Sequence record: OZ375202.1
Length of the DNA: 32,000 nucleotides
Strand: one strand, 5' to 3'
This document shows, one piece after another, positions 1 through 10,981 of this stretch. The position numbers and the translations under genes are program-made. Positions within the stretch are counted from its first letter, which is position 1. Every line of letters begins with the position of its first letter. The notes under the pieces were generated by a model. The model saw only the letters and a program-made list of their open reading frames with translations. It had not been told where the DNA came from and made no database searches.

Positions 1-60
1 AAATTTTATTTATGAATACTTTTTAGATTTTTTATATCTTCGATTAAATTATAATTTATT

Positions 61-312
61 ATGTCCGGTCCTTCCGCAACAGGTGAACGTCCTTTTACTG
101 ATATTATTACTAGTATTAGATATTGGGTTATCCATAGTATTACAATCCCTACTTTATTTATTGCAGGTTGGCTTTTCGTTAGTACAGGTTTAGCCTACGA
201 TGTTTTTGGTAGTCCTCGTCCAAACGAATATTTTACAGAAGAACGCCAAGAAACTCCATTCATTACAACTCGTTTCAATGCACTTGAACAATTAGATAGT
301 TTTGGTGAATAG
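61..312 (+). CDS. psbE: cytochrome b559 alpha subunit (PSII)
   Basis: 83-aa ORF. ...[50 protein letters not shown]... is the conserved PsbE sequence. It heads the psbE-F-L-J cluster. Confidence 0.97.
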   Translation: MSGPSATGERPFTDIITSIRYWVIHSITIPTLFIAGWLFVSTGLAYDVFGSPRPNEYFTEERQETPFITTRFNALEQLDSFGE

Positions 313-331
313 TTCGCAACTCAACATATAA

Positions 332-466
<135 letters not shown>

Positions 467-499
467 ATTTTTAATAATTTTCCACTCAAATAACGAACA

Positions 500-616
500 A
501 TGGCTAATCCAAATCCGAATCGTCAAAGTGTAGAATTAAATCGTACTTCCTTATATTGGGGTTTACTATTAATCTTTGTATTAGCAGTACTTTTTTCAAG
601 CTACATTTTTAACTAA
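500..616 (+). CDS. psbL: photosystem II protein L
   Basis: Hand-translated 38-aa ORF: [38 protein letters not shown]. Canonical PsbL. Confidence 0.95.
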   Translation: MANPNPNRQSVELNRTSLYWGLLLIFVLAVLFSSYIFN

Positions 617-658
617 GTGTTTTTTCTTTAAATCTTTTACTCAACGTATCTTAATTTT

Positions 659-787
659 ATGTCAAATACAGGAACAACAGGGCGTGTCCCACTTTGGTTA
701 GTTGGTACCGTTGCAGGTCTACTAGCAATTGGTCTTGTAGCTGTTTTCTTCTATGGTTCATACCATGGATTAGGTTCATCACTTTAA
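659..787 (+). CDS. psbJ: photosystem II protein J
   Basis: Hand-translated 42-aa ORF: [42 protein letters not shown]. Canonical PsbJ, last gene of the psbEFLJ cluster. Confidence 0.95.
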   Translation: MSNTGTTGRVPLWLVGTVAGLLAIGLVAVFFYGSYHGLGSSL

Positions 788-799
788 GTAGTTTTTGTA

Positions 800-831
800 A
801 GCGTCGAAATGAATCTATTTCATTCGACGCT
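800..831 (+). terminator. 3' stem-loop after psbJ (about 12 bp with one bulge)
   Basis: gcgtcgaaatgaa / ttcattcgacgc inverted repeat, 13 nt after the psbJ stop. Plastid 3' inverted repeats act as processing and stability elements. Confidence 0.5.
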
Positions 832-895
832 AACTGAAAACACTAGTGTTTTTATTGAATAATTGATATCATTTATAATGAAATCTTTTATTCAT

Positions 896-967
896 GCCTG
901 CTTAACTCAATGGTAGAGTATCACTCTTGTAAAGTGAATGTTATCGGTTCAATTCCGATAGTAGGCT
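896..967 (+). tRNA. trnT: tRNA-Thr (UGU)
   Basis: 72-nt cloverleaf. Acceptor gcctgct/agtaggc, D stem actc/gagt, anticodon stem tcact/agtga with loop cTTGTaa, T arm atcgg-ttcaatt-ccgat. Confidence 0.9.
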
Positions 968-1100
968 TTCTTTTACCTTTAAATACATTCCAATCCCTTA
1001 TAAAACTAAATCAATCCTTATATTAAGTGGTACGATAGATACCTTTTTCTGGGATAACTTAGAGAAGGGTTATAAACCTACATATATTGAACTTCCACGA

Positions 1101-1601
1101 GTGAAAAATATTAACCCGGTTACACAAGAACTATCCAAGCAGTGGAGTAAGAATCAAATCCGGGATCTTTCAAGTCTTCCACCAGAAATTACAGAGGGTG
1201 CTGATTCTATTATTTCCTATAAAGGGGCTAATGAATTAAATCTACATGATAATGTAGAACAAGAGATATATTTTTATAACTTAGAAGGCACAAATCAACT
1301 AAAAGGAAAGAATTTATGTGTCATTGGAACACCGATTCTTACCAATATTGATACTTGTTTATGGAGTGCTTTATTAAGAGACGGGGACATGTATACACAC
1401 TCGGATAAAGAATACCGTCATTTTATTTATGAAAAAGGTCCTTTTACAATTGAGAAATACACACATACATATACTGATGACTTCTTAGCCAATATTGAAA
1501 TGCGTATGGCAGGTGCACAATTAGAGCAAGCACTAGCAGCAGAAATAAAAAAAGCCCTTAATCCTTTACTTAAAAAAGGATTAAGGGCTTTTTGTTTGTA
1601 A
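1101..1601 (+). CDS. hypothetical protein (orf166), possibly a gene remnant
   Basis: 166-codon ORF with no family I recognise. The start is GTG and the first in-frame ATG is codon 97. The frame stays open upstream to 933, running through trnT. The last ~17 codons are encoded by a perfect hairpin. Confidence 0.3.
   Translation: MKNINPVTQELSKQWSKNQIRDLSSLPPEITEGADSIISYKGANELNLHDNVEQEIYFYNLEGTNQLKGKNLCVIGTPILTNIDTCLWSALLRDGDMYTHSDKEYRHFIYEKGPFTIEKYTHTYTDDFLANIEMRMAGAQLEQALAAEIKKALNPLLKKGLRAFCL
1549..1593. terminator. perfect 16-bp stem-loop (aaagcccttaatcc / ggattaagggcttt with A/T extension)
   Basis: Pairing 1549-1564 with 1578-1593 around a 13-nt A/T loop. It lies between the orf166 body and the 3' end of trnG(GCC), with a T-run after the stem on the + strand. 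Confidence 0.5.
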
Positions 1602-1613
1602 GTATTAGTTATT

Positions 1614-1685
1614 AGCGGGTAAGGCGATTCGAACGCCCGACATTCTCCTTGGCAAGGAGACACTCTACCACTGAGCTATACCCGC
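1614..1685 (-). tRNA. trnG: tRNA-Gly (GCC)
   Basis: Reverse complement gcgggtatagctcagtggtagagtgtctccttGCCaaggagaatgtcgggcgttcgaatcgccttacccgct. Good cloverleaf, anticodon loop ttGCCaa. Confidence 0.9.
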
Positions 1686-1687
1686 AA

Positions 1688-1718
1688 TAAAAACCCCCTA
1701 ATTAATAGGGGGTTTTTA
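1688..1718 (-). terminator. psbA 3' stem-loop (13 bp, aaaaaccccct / agggggttttt)
   Basis: Perfect inverted repeat about 35 nt downstream of the psbA stop on the minus strand. Confidence 0.55.
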
Positions 1719-1751
1719 ACATTAGAATATTTTTATATAAATATAAAAAAA

Positions 1752-2855
<1,104 letters not shown>

Positions 2856-2894
2856 CTACGAAGCCTATTATCTCATCGTATTACTTATAATATA

Positions 2895-2924
2895 TCATAT
2901 AAAAAATACCTTTTGAACTTGCAA
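2895..2924 (-). promoter_or_regulatory. candidate PEP (sigma70-type) promoter for psbA
   Basis: On the minus strand: TTGCAA (2919-2924), 18-nt spacer, TATGAT (2895-2900), about 80 nt upstream of the psbA ATG. Motif match only. Confidence 0.3.
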
Positions 2925-3200
2925 GAGAACTACGTTTTCGTGATAAAACCTCTTGTATTCTTTAAACCTTCTATCAGGGGTGATATCTAATATCAAATAT
3001 TTTAATAATCAGAATGGTCTAAAAGAATAAAAGAAGGAGAATAATAGGAAATTAATCTTTTTATATTTCATTAAAAACCTAAACCACTTACTAATCGATA
3101 AAATAAACTCTTTATTTGATGAACTAGCTACCCACTAAGGAAAATCAAAAAAAAACCCTTACACACCAGATTTGATGTATAAGGGATTTAAGAGTGCAAT

Positions 3201-3246
3201 AAAAAAACCTTTCATGTCTTTTTAAAAAGACATGAAAGGTTTTTTT
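3201..3246 (-). terminator. rbcL 3' perfect palindrome (about 21 bp stem)
   Basis: aaaaaaacctttcatgtcttt / aaagacatgaaaggttttttt pairs perfectly from 3201 to 3246, about 50 nt downstream of the rbcL stop. Confidence 0.6.
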
Positions 3247-3293
3247 TATACTTTGTAGTTAGAAAAAAGTTTCAATAAGAATCGAAAAGATTA

Positions 3294-4721
3294 CTAGATA
3301 GTATCTACAGCTTCGAATTCGAACTTAATTTCTTTCCAAACTTCACAAGCAGAAGCTAATTCAGGACTCCACTTACAAGCAGCACGGATGATGTCACCAC
3401 CTTCACGAGCTAAGTCACGTCCTTCGTTACGAGCTTGAACACAAGCTTCTAACGCAACACGGTTAGCACAAGCACCTGGAGCGTTACCCCATGGGTGACC
3501 TAAAGTACCACCACCGAACTGTAAACAAGCATCATCACCGAAGATCTCAACTAGAGCTGGCATGTGCCATACGTGAATACCACCAGAAGCTACTGGCATT
3601 ACACCTGGTAAAGACGCCCAATCTTGAGTGAAGAAAATACCACGGCTACGATCTTTCTCAATGAAAGCATCACGCATTAAGTCTACGAAACCTAAAGTAA
3701 TGTCACGTTCACCTTCTAGTTTACCTACTACAGTACCAGAGTGTAAGTGATCACCACCAGACATACGAAGAGACTTAGCTAATACACGGAAGTGCATACC
3801 ATGGTTCTTCTGACGGTCAATAACCGCGTGCATTGCACGGTGAATGTGAAGAAGTAAACCGTTATCACGACAGTACGAAGCTAAAGTAGTGTTAGCAGTC
3901 CAACCACCAGTTAAGTAATCGTGCATAATAATTGGTACACCTAATTCACGAGCGAAAGCAGCACGCTTTAACATTTCATCAACGTTACCAGCAGTAGCGT
4001 TTAAGTAATGACCTTTGATCTCACCAGTTTCAGCTTGAGATTTCATAGTTGCTTCAGCTACGAATAAGAAACGATCACGCCAACGCATGAATGGTTGAGA
4101 GTTTACGTTCTCATCATCCTTAGTGAAATCTAAACCACCACGTAAGCACTCGTAACAAGCACGACCGTAGTTTTTAGCTGATAAACCTAACTTAGGCTTA
4201 ATAGTACAACCTAAGAAAGAACGACCGTATTTGTTTAAACGATCACGCTCTGACTGAATACCGTGCGGAGCACCTTGGAAAGTTTTACAGTAAGCTACAG
4301 GAATACGTAAATCTTCTAAACGAAGTGCACGTAAAGCTTTGAAACCGAATACGTTACCTACGATAGAAGTGAATAAGTTAGTTACAGAACCTTCTTCAAA
4401 TAGATCTAATGGGTAAGCTACGTATGCGATGTATTGGTTTTCTTCACCAGCTACAGGCTCGATGTTGTAACAACGACCTTTGTAACGGTCTAAGTTAGTA
4501 AGACCATCAGTCCATACAGTAGTCCAAGTACCAGTAGAAGACTCAGCAGCTACTGCAGCACCAGCTTCTTCTGGAGGAACACCTGGTTGAGGAGTCATAC
4601 GGAATGCAGCTAAGATGTCAGTATCTAGAGTTTGGTAATCTGGAGTGTAGTAAGTAAGACGGTAGTCTTGTACACCGGCTTTGAAGCCAGCAGTAGTTTT
4701 CGTTGCAGTTTGTGGAGCCAT
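3294..4721 (-). CDS. rbcL: RuBisCO large subunit, form IB (green type)
   Basis: ORF contains [29 protein letters not shown]...[17 protein letters not shown]... I start at the conserved MAPQT Met (475 aa), not at the ATG six codons upstream at 4739. No rbcS follows. Confidence 0.97.
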   Translation of the reverse strand: MAPQTATKTTAGFKAGVQDYRLTYYTPDYQTLDTDILAAFRMTPQPGVPPEEAGAAVAAESSTGTWTTVWTDGLTNLDRYKGRCYNIEPVAGEENQYIAYVAYPLDLFEEGSVTNLFTSIVGNVFGFKALRALRLEDLRIPVAYCKTFQGAPHGIQSERDRLNKYGRSFLGCTIKPKLGLSAKNYGRACYECLRGGLDFTKDDENVNSQPFMRWRDRFLFVAEATMKSQAETGEIKGHYLNATAGNVDEMLKRAAFARELGVPIIMHDYLTGGWTANTTLASYCRDNGLLLHIHRAMHAVIDRQKNHGMHFRVLAKSLRMSGGDHLHSGTVVGKLEGERDITLGFVDLMRDAFIEKDRSRGIFFTQDWASLPGVMPVASGGIHVWHMPALVEIFGDDACLQFGGGTLGHPWGNAPGACANRVALEACVQARNEGRDLAREGGDIIRAACKWSPELASACEVWKEIKFEFEAVDTI

Positions 4722-4825
4722 GCAAAACACAATTTTCAATTTGTGCGTTAATATCTGCCTTTATTTTTATTTATTACTTATAGGATAACACTACAAGTTT
4801 ATAAGAAGATATGATATTTATTTGA

Positions 4826-4927
4826 TTAAAGATTACCTTGACGTAAAGAAACTAAGAAGATAACCGCAGGACCAGCAGCTACAATTAGAGTTAGAGAAAG
4901 TAATTGTAAGACAATTTCCAAAGTCAT
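4826..4927 (-). CDS. psb30: photosystem II protein Psb30 (Ycf12)
   Basis: Hand-translated 33-aa ORF MTLEIVLQLLSLTLIVAAGPAVIFLVSLRQGNL. Matches the Ycf12 pattern (..E.I.QL..L.LI...GP.VI.....R.GNL). Confidence 0.85.
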   Translation of the reverse strand: MTLEIVLQLLSLTLIVAAGPAVIFLVSLRQGNL

Positions 4928-5018
4928 AGTACTAAATATTTAAATATTAAAAAGCTTTTATTTAAGCCAAGAACTTAATTTACGTTTTTTCTTTAGTATA
5001 CCACAGGCATACTTAAAA

Positions 5019-5087
5019 GCCCAATGACGGAATCGAACCGACAAAACTCACCTAGACGTAGGTTTTTTACCTTGGAGTTAAAAGGGC
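5019..5087 (-). pseudogene. degenerate tRNA-like element (probable tRNA pseudogene)
   Basis: Minus-strand 69 nt with a recognisable T arm (gtcgg-TTCGATT-ccgtc, one mismatch). Acceptor ends gcccttt/attgggc have two U-U mismatches. There is no canonical D stem and no 7-nt anticodon loop; an accta-cgtc-taggt hairpin sits there instead. Confidence 0.3.
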
Positions 5088-5089
5088 AG

Positions 5090-5121
5090 TTTAGCATAAC
5101 CTATAAAAAGATTATGCTAAA
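5090..5121 (-). terminator. 3' stem-loop after ycf47 (10 bp, tttagcataa / ttatgctaaa)
   Basis: Perfect inverted repeat with a 12-nt loop, about 30 nt downstream of the 5153 stop. Confidence 0.45.
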
Positions 5122-5152
5122 TATAAAAATCATTTATAAAAGAAGACTCGTT

Positions 5153-5368
5153 CTATCGCAAAATACTCTCTAATGCTAAACAAGTTAAAAAACCGATAAT
5201 ACTTAATAAAGTAGCACGGTTTAAGAAACTTTTTGCATCAGGGTAACTACTAAAGATCCCTAATTCTGCAGCACGTGAAACAACTCGATTACTACTTTGA
5301 TTCCAAAATAAAGTAAAAAATATTGTTGAAAGAGCAAAGATTATTCGCAAAAGATGAACAATAGCCAT
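5153..5368 (-). CDS. ycf47: small two-helix membrane protein, SecG-like (ycf47)
   Basis: 71 aa with two hydrophobic helices and a polar linker. ...SFLNRATLLSIIGFLTCLAL resembles the SecG/Ycf47 second helix (FM/LxRxT...). It sits 9 nt downstream of rps9. Assignment is from memory of the family. Confidence 0.5.
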   Translation of the reverse strand: MAIVHLLRIIFALSTIFFTLFWNQSSNRVVSRAAELGIFSSYPDAKSFLNRATLLSIIGFLTCLALESILR

Positions 5369-5377
5369 ACAAGAACC

Positions 5378-5815
5378 TTAACGCTTTGAAAATTGAGAAG
5401 CTTTACGAGCTTTCTTTAAACCGTATTTTTTACGTTCTTTACGACGGGCATCTGATGTTAAAAAACCTTGTTCACGTAATAAATGACGCAACGGCGGTTG
5501 CATAGCAACCAAAGCTTTTGAAATACCTAAGCGGATTGCTTCAGCTTGGCTACTTAAGCCACCACCGGTAACTTTTACTTGAATGTCTAAAAACGGGTGA
5601 TCTTGTTCAGCTAAAACCTTAAAAGGCCCTTCAACTGTTAATAAACTAAAAGGGTCATTATGGAAATAGGATTGTAAAGATTGCCCATTAATTTGGCATA
5701 AATATGTAGATTCCGAAGAATCTAAAGGCTTAGGTAAAAGACGAATTTGAGCTGTTGCTCTTTTACGTCTACCTTTACCAATAAACAAAATTTCTTGATT
5801 ACTTACGTGTTCCAT
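5378..5815 (-). CDS. rps9: ribosomal protein S9
   Basis: ...[14 protein letters not shown]...[20 protein letters not shown]...[24 protein letters not shown] is canonical uS9. I chose the most downstream Met (MEHVSNQ, 145 aa). Upstream Mets at 5830 and 5857 are possible. Any of these starts overlaps the rps12 3' end. Confidence 0.88.
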   Translation of the reverse strand: MEHVSNQEILFIGKGRRKRATAQIRLLPKPLDSSESTYLCQINGQSLQSYFHNDPFSLLTVEGPFKVLAEQDHPFLDIQVKVTGGGLSSQAEAIRLGISKALVAMQPPLRHLLREQGFLTSDARRKERKKYGLKKARKASQFSKR

Positions 5816-6164
5816 ATTTTGAACGTCCATTTGTACGTGACTCCACTCCAGCAGCATCTAAAGTACCTCGAACTACATGATATCGAACACCAGGTAGATC
5901 TTTTACTCGACCTCCACGAACTAAAACAATAGCATGTTCTTGTAAATTATGCCCTATTCCAGGAATATAAGCAGTAACTTCAAAATCTGTTGTTAAACGG
6001 ACGCGGGCTACTTTACGTAAAGCTGAATTGGGCTTTTTCGGCGTTGTTGTATAAACGCGTGTACATACACCACGTCTTTGAGGGCATTTGTTTAACGCTG
6101 GTGACGGATCCTTAACGGGCTTACTTTTTCGTGAAGAGCGCACAAGTTGTTGGATTGTTGGCAT
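5799..6164 (-). CDS. rps12: ribosomal protein S12 (uninterrupted)
   Basis: [15 protein letters not shown]...[31 protein letters not shown]...[15 protein letters not shown]. Start placed at the conserved MPTIQQL (121 aa), trimming 12 codons from the ORF track. Confidence 0.95.
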   Translation of the reverse strand: MPTIQQLVRSSRKSKPVKDPSPALNKCPQRRGVCTRVYTTTPKKPNSALRKVARVRLTTDFEVTAYIPGIGHNLQEHAIVLVRGGRVKDLPGVRYHVVRGTLDAAGVESRTNGRSKYGTRK

Positions 6165-6215
6165 ATAACGTTTTATTAAAAAAAAATAAATAAGATTCAA
6201 AAGGGATTACTGTGT

Positions 6216-6258
6216 GCCCCCTTTGTTCTTATTTTAATATAAAAAGAACAAAAAGGGC
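6216..6258 (-). terminator. psaB 3' stem-loop (4 bp + 2x2 internal loop + 9 bp)
   Basis: gccc..tttgttctt / aagaacaaa..gggc, about 60 nt downstream of the psaB stop. A second, weaker hairpin (aagaga/tctctt) follows at about 6266-6290. Confidence 0.4.
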
Positions 6259-6314
6259 TAGTATAAGAGAACCTATAATAGCTCTCTTAATTAATAAATA
6301 GATAGATTAAAGTT

Positions 6315-8519
6315 TTAACCAAATTTAGCAGAAGTACTAGCAATTAAGAAGGCTGCATATGTTAATACAAAACCTACTGAGAAGTGAGTTAAACCTACTA
6401 AACGAGCTTGTACAATAGATAAAGCTACAGGCTTATCACGCCAACGAACTAGACTTGCTAAAGGTGTACGCTCATGAGCCCAAGCTAAAGTTTCAATTAA
6501 TTCTTGCCAATAACCACGCCAAGAAATAAGGAACATGAATCCAGTAGCATAAATTAAATGTCCAAATAAGAACATCCATGCCCATACAGATAAACTATTC
6601 ATACCAAATGGGTTATAACCATTAATTAGTTGTGAAGAGTTTAACCATAAATAATCACGTAACCAACCCATAATATAAGTTGAAGACTCATCAAATTGAG
6701 CAGTATTACCTTGCCAGATACCTAAATGTTTCCAGTGCCAGTAGAATGTAACCCAACCGATTGTATTTAACATCCAGAAAACAGCAAGATAGAAAGCATC
6801 CCACGCAGAAATATCACAAGTACCACCACGGCCAGGACCATCACAAGGGAAACTATAACCAAAATCTTTCTTATCCGGCATTAATTTACTTCCACGTGCA
6901 TCTAAAGCACCTTTCACTAGAATTAATGTTGTTGTATGTAGTCCTAAAGCAATAGCATGGTGTACTAAGAAGTCACCTGGACCAATAGGTAAGAATACTG
7001 AGTTAGTAGTACCATTAATAGCACTTAACCAACCAGGCAACCATACACTTTGGCTTGCTGTAGCAGCAGGGCTTGACGAAGAAGCAAGAAGCACATCAAA
7101 ACCATAAAGTGCTTTACCTTGAGCTGCTTGAATCCATTGTGCAAAAACAGGTTCAATTAGAATCTGTTTCTCTGGTGTACCAAAGGCTTGCATAGTATCA
7201 TTATGTACATATAAACCTAATGTATGGAAACCTAAGAATAAAGAAGCCCAACTTAAATGAGAAATAATAGCTTCTTTATGGTCTAAGATACGTGCTAAAA
7301 CGTTATCTTTGTTTGCTTCTGGATCATAATCTCGAATAAAGAAAATAGCACCATGGGCAAACGCACCACACATAATAAACCCAGCAATATATTGATGGTG
7401 TGTATAAAGTGCAGCTTGTGTTGTAAAATCTTGGTTAATAAACGCATATGCTGGTAAAGAATACATATGCTGAGCTGTTAAAGAACATACAACCCCTAAG
7501 GAAGCTAGAGCTAACCCTAATTGGAAATGTAATGAATTATTAACTGTATCAAATAACCCTCGATGACCAGCACCTAAAGAGCCTGAAGGCGCCGCGTGAT
7601 TATCAAGAATTTCTTTCATACTATGCCCTAACCCGAAGTTAGTACGATACATATGACCAGCCACAATAAATACAACCGCAATTGCTAAATGGTGGTGAGC
7701 CATATCTGTTAACCATAAACTTTGTGTTTGTGGGTGGAACCCGCCTAAGAAAGTTAAAATGGCTGTACCTGCTCCTTCCGACGTACTAAATTGATGGGAA
7801 GCAGTATCAGGATTTTGTGCATATAATGCCCATTGACCTGTAAAGAAAGGCATTAAACCTAAAGGGTGCGGTAAAGTTGTTAGTAAATTATCCCAACGAA
7901 CATGAATACCGCGTGATTCTGGAATTGCTACGTGTACTAAGTGACCAGTCCAAGCAAGAGAACTCACACCAAAAAGACCAGATAAATGGTGATTTAGACG
8001 TGATTCTGCGTTTTTAAACCATGAAACACCTGGACGGAATGCAGGTTGTAAATGTAACCATCCAGCAAATAAAGTTAATGCAGCTACTAAAAGAAGGAAA
8101 ATAGACCCTTGGTATAAATCTGCATTTGTACGCATACCAATCGTGTACCACCATTGGTATACTCCAGAGTAAGCAATATTTACTGGGCCATCAGCACCTC
8201 CACGAGTAAAAGCTTCAACTGCAGGTTGACCGAAATGTGGATCCCAGATCGCATGTGCAATAGGTCGAACATTTAATGGGTCAAGACCCCACTGTTCAAA
8301 GTTTCCTTGCCAAGCAACATGGAATAAGTTTCCAGAAGTCCATAGGAAAATAATAGCTAATTGTCCGAAATGCGAAGCGAAAATCTTTTGGTAAAGAAGT
8401 GATTCTGTCATTCCATCATGAGCTTCAAAGTCATGTGCAGTTGCGATACCAAACCACAATCGTCTTGTAGTAGGATCTTCTGCTAATGCTTGGCTAAATT
8501 TTGGGAATTTTTTTGCCAT
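6315..8519 (-). CDS. psaB: photosystem I P700 apoprotein A2
   Basis: 734-aa [35 protein letters not shown]...[18 protein letters not shown]... Canonical PsaB. Confidence 0.98.
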   Translation of the reverse strand: MAKKFPKFSQALAEDPTTRRLWFGIATAHDFEAHDGMTESLLYQKIFASHFGQLAIIFLWTSGNLFHVAWQGNFEQWGLDPLNVRPIAHAIWDPHFGQPAVEAFTRGGADGPVNIAYSGVYQWWYTIGMRTNADLYQGSIFLLLVAALTLFAGWLHLQPAFRPGVSWFKNAESRLNHHLSGLFGVSSLAWTGHLVHVAIPESRGIHVRWDNLLTTLPHPLGLMPFFTGQWALYAQNPDTASHQFSTSEGAGTAILTFLGGFHPQTQSLWLTDMAHHHLAIAVVFIVAGHMYRTNFGLGHSMKEILDNHAAPSGSLGAGHRGLFDTVNNSLHFQLGLALASLGVVCSLTAQHMYSLPAYAFINQDFTTQAALYTHHQYIAGFIMCGAFAHGAIFFIRDYDPEANKDNVLARILDHKEAIISHLSWASLFLGFHTLGLYVHNDTMQAFGTPEKQILIEPVFAQWIQAAQGKALYGFDVLLASSSSPAATASQSVWLPGWLSAINGTTNSVFLPIGPGDFLVHHAIALGLHTTTLILVKGALDARGSKLMPDKKDFGYSFPCDGPGRGGTCDISAWDAFYLAVFWMLNTIGWVTFYWHWKHLGIWQGNTAQFDESSTYIMGWLRDYLWLNSSQLINGYNPFGMNSLSVWAWMFLFGHLIYATGFMFLISWRGYWQELIETLAWAHERTPLASLVRWRDKPVALSIVQARLVGLTHFSVGFVLTYAAFLIASTSAKFG

Positions 8520-8566
8520 AATAGATTTCTCTAAAAAAATTATTAAAAATAAAAGCAGTTAGTTTT

Positions 8567-10825
8567 TTATCCTACCGCCAGGATACGAGCAAGGAAGAAT
8601 GCCCAAGTAGTTGCAATACCTCCAAGAAGATAATGCGCAACACCAACAGCACGACCTTGAGTAATACTTAAAGCACGAGGTTGAATCGCTGGAGCTACTT
8701 TTAATTTGTTATGAGCCCAAACAATAGATTCAATTAATTCTTGCCAGTAGCCACGACCACTAAATAAGAACATTAAACTAAATGCCCAAACAAAGTGTGC
8801 TCCTAAGAACATTAAACCGTAAGCAGATAAAGGCGAACCATAAGACTGAATTACTTGTGAAGATTGTGCCCACAAGAAATCACGTAACCAACCATTAATA
8901 GTTGTCGCACTTTGAGCAAAGTTTCCTCCAGTAATATGAGAAACAGCTCCAGATGCCGCTACGCGTCCCCATACGTCAGATTGCATTTTCCAACTAAAGT
9001 GGAAAATAACAATAGAAATACAGTTATACATCCAGAATAAGCCTAAGAATACGTTATCCCAACCAGATACTTGACAAGTACCACCACGACCAGGACCGTC
9101 ACAAGGGAAACGGAAACCTAAATTCGCTTTATCTGGGATTAAACGAGAACTACGTGAGAATAATGTACCTTTTAATAAAATTAATGCAGTTACATGAATA
9201 GTAAAAGCATGAATATGGTGTACTAAGAAATCCGCAGTACCTAAAGAAATAGGCATCATTGCTACTTTACCACCAACGGCAACAATATCATTACCACCCC
9301 AACTTACACTTGTAGCTAATTCAGCTCCAGGAGCAGTTAATTGAGGAGCTACAAAATGAGTATTTTGAACCCACTGTGCGAATACAGGTTGTAATTGAAT
9401 TGCAGTATCAGTAAACATATCCTGAGGACGACCTAATGCACTCATTGTATCATTATGAATATATAATCCAAATGAATGTAAGCCTAAGAAAATACAAACC
9501 CAGTTTAAATGTGAAATAATAGCGTCACGGTGACGAATAACACGATCTAAAACGTTATTGTAATTATTAGTTGGATCATAATCACGTACCATAAAGATGG
9601 AAGCGTGTGCCCCAGCACCTACAATACAGAAACCACCAATCCACATATGATGCGTGAATAAGCAAATACCTGTACCATAATCTGTCGCAATGTATGGGTA
9701 TGGAGGCATTGCATACATATGGTGAGCTACAATGATGGAAAGAGAACCAAGCATTGCTAAATTTAATGCTAACTGTGCATGCCAAGAAGTTGTTAAAATC
9801 TCGTAAAGTCCTTTATGACCTTCGCCAGTGAATGGACCTTTATGAGCTTCTAGAAGTTCTTTCATGCTATGACCAATACCCCAATTAGTACGGTACATAT
9901 GACCAGCAACGATAAATAGAACCGCTAATGCAAGGTGATGATGAGCAATATCAGTCATCCAAAGGCTACCTGTTTGAGGGTTTAAACCACCTTTGAAAGT
10001 TAAGAAATCAGAATAAGCAGCCCAATCTAATGTAAAGAATGGACGAAGACCTAACCCAAAACTCGGGAAAATCTGTGCCATTAGATCACGATTAACAAGA
10101 AATTCATGAGGTAACGGAATTTCTTTAGGGTCAACACCCATATCTAATAAAGCATTAATCGGTAAAGCAATATGGATTTGGTGTCCAGCCCAACCTAAAC
10201 AGCCTAAACCTAATAAACCAGCTAAATGGTGGTTTAACATAGATTCTACGTTCTGGAACCAAGCTAATCTTGGTGCAGCTTTATGGTAATGGAACCAACC
10301 AGCAAAGAACATTGCACCTGCTAAGCATAAACCAGCAATAGCAGTACTATAAAGTTCTAATTCTGTTGTAATACCAGCCGCTCGCCAAATATGGAAAAAA
10401 CCGGAAGTAATTTGGATACCTTGGAAACCACCACCCACGTCATCATTTAAGATTTCTTGACCTACGACAGGCCAAACAACTTGAGCACTTGGTTTAATAC
10501 CTGTTGGATCCATTAACCATGACTCGTAATTAGAAAAACGAGCACCATGGAAAAACATCCCACTAATCCAAATTAAAATAATACCTAGTTGACCAAAATG
10601 AGCACTAAATACTTTTCTAGAAATATCTTCTAGGTTAGAAGTATGACTGTCGAAATCATGCACATCAGCATGCAGATCCCAGACCCATTTAGTCGTTGTA
10701 GGTCCTTTTGCAAGAGAACGTGAAAAATGACCAGGAACCGCCCACTTTTCAAAGCTAGTAGGTACCGGATCACGATCCACGACAACTTTTACTTTTTTCT
10801 CTTGATTAGGAGTTTGAATAGTCAT
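8567..10825 (-). CDS. psaA: photosystem I P700 apoprotein A1 (single exon, not trans-spliced)
   Basis: 752-aa ORF ...[37 protein letters not shown]...[18 protein letters not shown]... It lies 47 nt upstream of psaB on the same strand. Confidence 0.98.
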   Translation of the reverse strand: MTIQTPNQEKKVKVVVDRDPVPTSFEKWAVPGHFSRSLAKGPTTTKWVWDLHADVHDFDSHTSNLEDISRKVFSAHFGQLGIILIWISGMFFHGARFSNYESWLMDPTGIKPSAQVVWPVVGQEILNDDVGGGFQGIQITSGFFHIWRAAGITTELELYSTAIAGLCLAGAMFFAGWFHYHKAAPRLAWFQNVESMLNHHLAGLLGLGCLGWAGHQIHIALPINALLDMGVDPKEIPLPHEFLVNRDLMAQIFPSFGLGLRPFFTLDWAAYSDFLTFKGGLNPQTGSLWMTDIAHHHLALAVLFIVAGHMYRTNWGIGHSMKELLEAHKGPFTGEGHKGLYEILTTSWHAQLALNLAMLGSLSIIVAHHMYAMPPYPYIATDYGTGICLFTHHMWIGGFCIVGAGAHASIFMVRDYDPTNNYNNVLDRVIRHRDAIISHLNWVCIFLGLHSFGLYIHNDTMSALGRPQDMFTDTAIQLQPVFAQWVQNTHFVAPQLTAPGAELATSVSWGGNDIVAVGGKVAMMPISLGTADFLVHHIHAFTIHVTALILLKGTLFSRSSRLIPDKANLGFRFPCDGPGRGGTCQVSGWDNVFLGLFWMYNCISIVIFHFSWKMQSDVWGRVAASGAVSHITGGNFAQSATTINGWLRDFLWAQSSQVIQSYGSPLSAYGLMFLGAHFVWAFSLMFLFSGRGYWQELIESIVWAHNKLKVAPAIQPRALSITQGRAVGVAHYLLGGIATTWAFFLARILAVG

Positions 10826-10981
10826 TGTTGTGAATTTTTTTTATTTAAAAATCGAAATAGATTTTTCTAATTTCAAAGTTTAAAGGTTATAAACTTAAAA
10901 CTAATGAAATTAAATGAAAAAGAGATTGATTTTATTTTAGTTTCATTAATCATTTTGCCATAAGAAAAAAGCGCTCAATGG

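Noticed and set aside
1427-1663. 78-aa minus-strand ORF overlapping orf166, the 1549-1593 hairpin and trnG(GCC)
   Set aside because: It runs through a well-folded tRNA gene and a palindrome, from which it reads a mirror-image peptide of orf166. There is no independent support.
4722-4739. Upstream in-frame ATG giving rbcL an MKIVFC N-terminal extension
   Set aside because: RbcL N-termini conserve the M-[AS]-PQT start, and the extension is hydrophobic and atypical. I kept the conserved Met. The upstream ATG cannot be formally excluded without N-terminal data.
5019-5087. Possibility that the tRNA-like element is part of a plastid tmRNA (ssrA)
   Set aside because: In tmRNA the acceptor 5' and 3' halves are separated by 200 nt or more, including a tag reading frame and pseudoknots. 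Here the two ends are only 69 nt apart and no tag ORF is present.
6165-6200. 12-codon N-terminal extension of rps12 ([12 protein letters not shown])
   Set aside because: uS12 universally begins MPTI.QL. The extension is an AT-rich leader read in frame.
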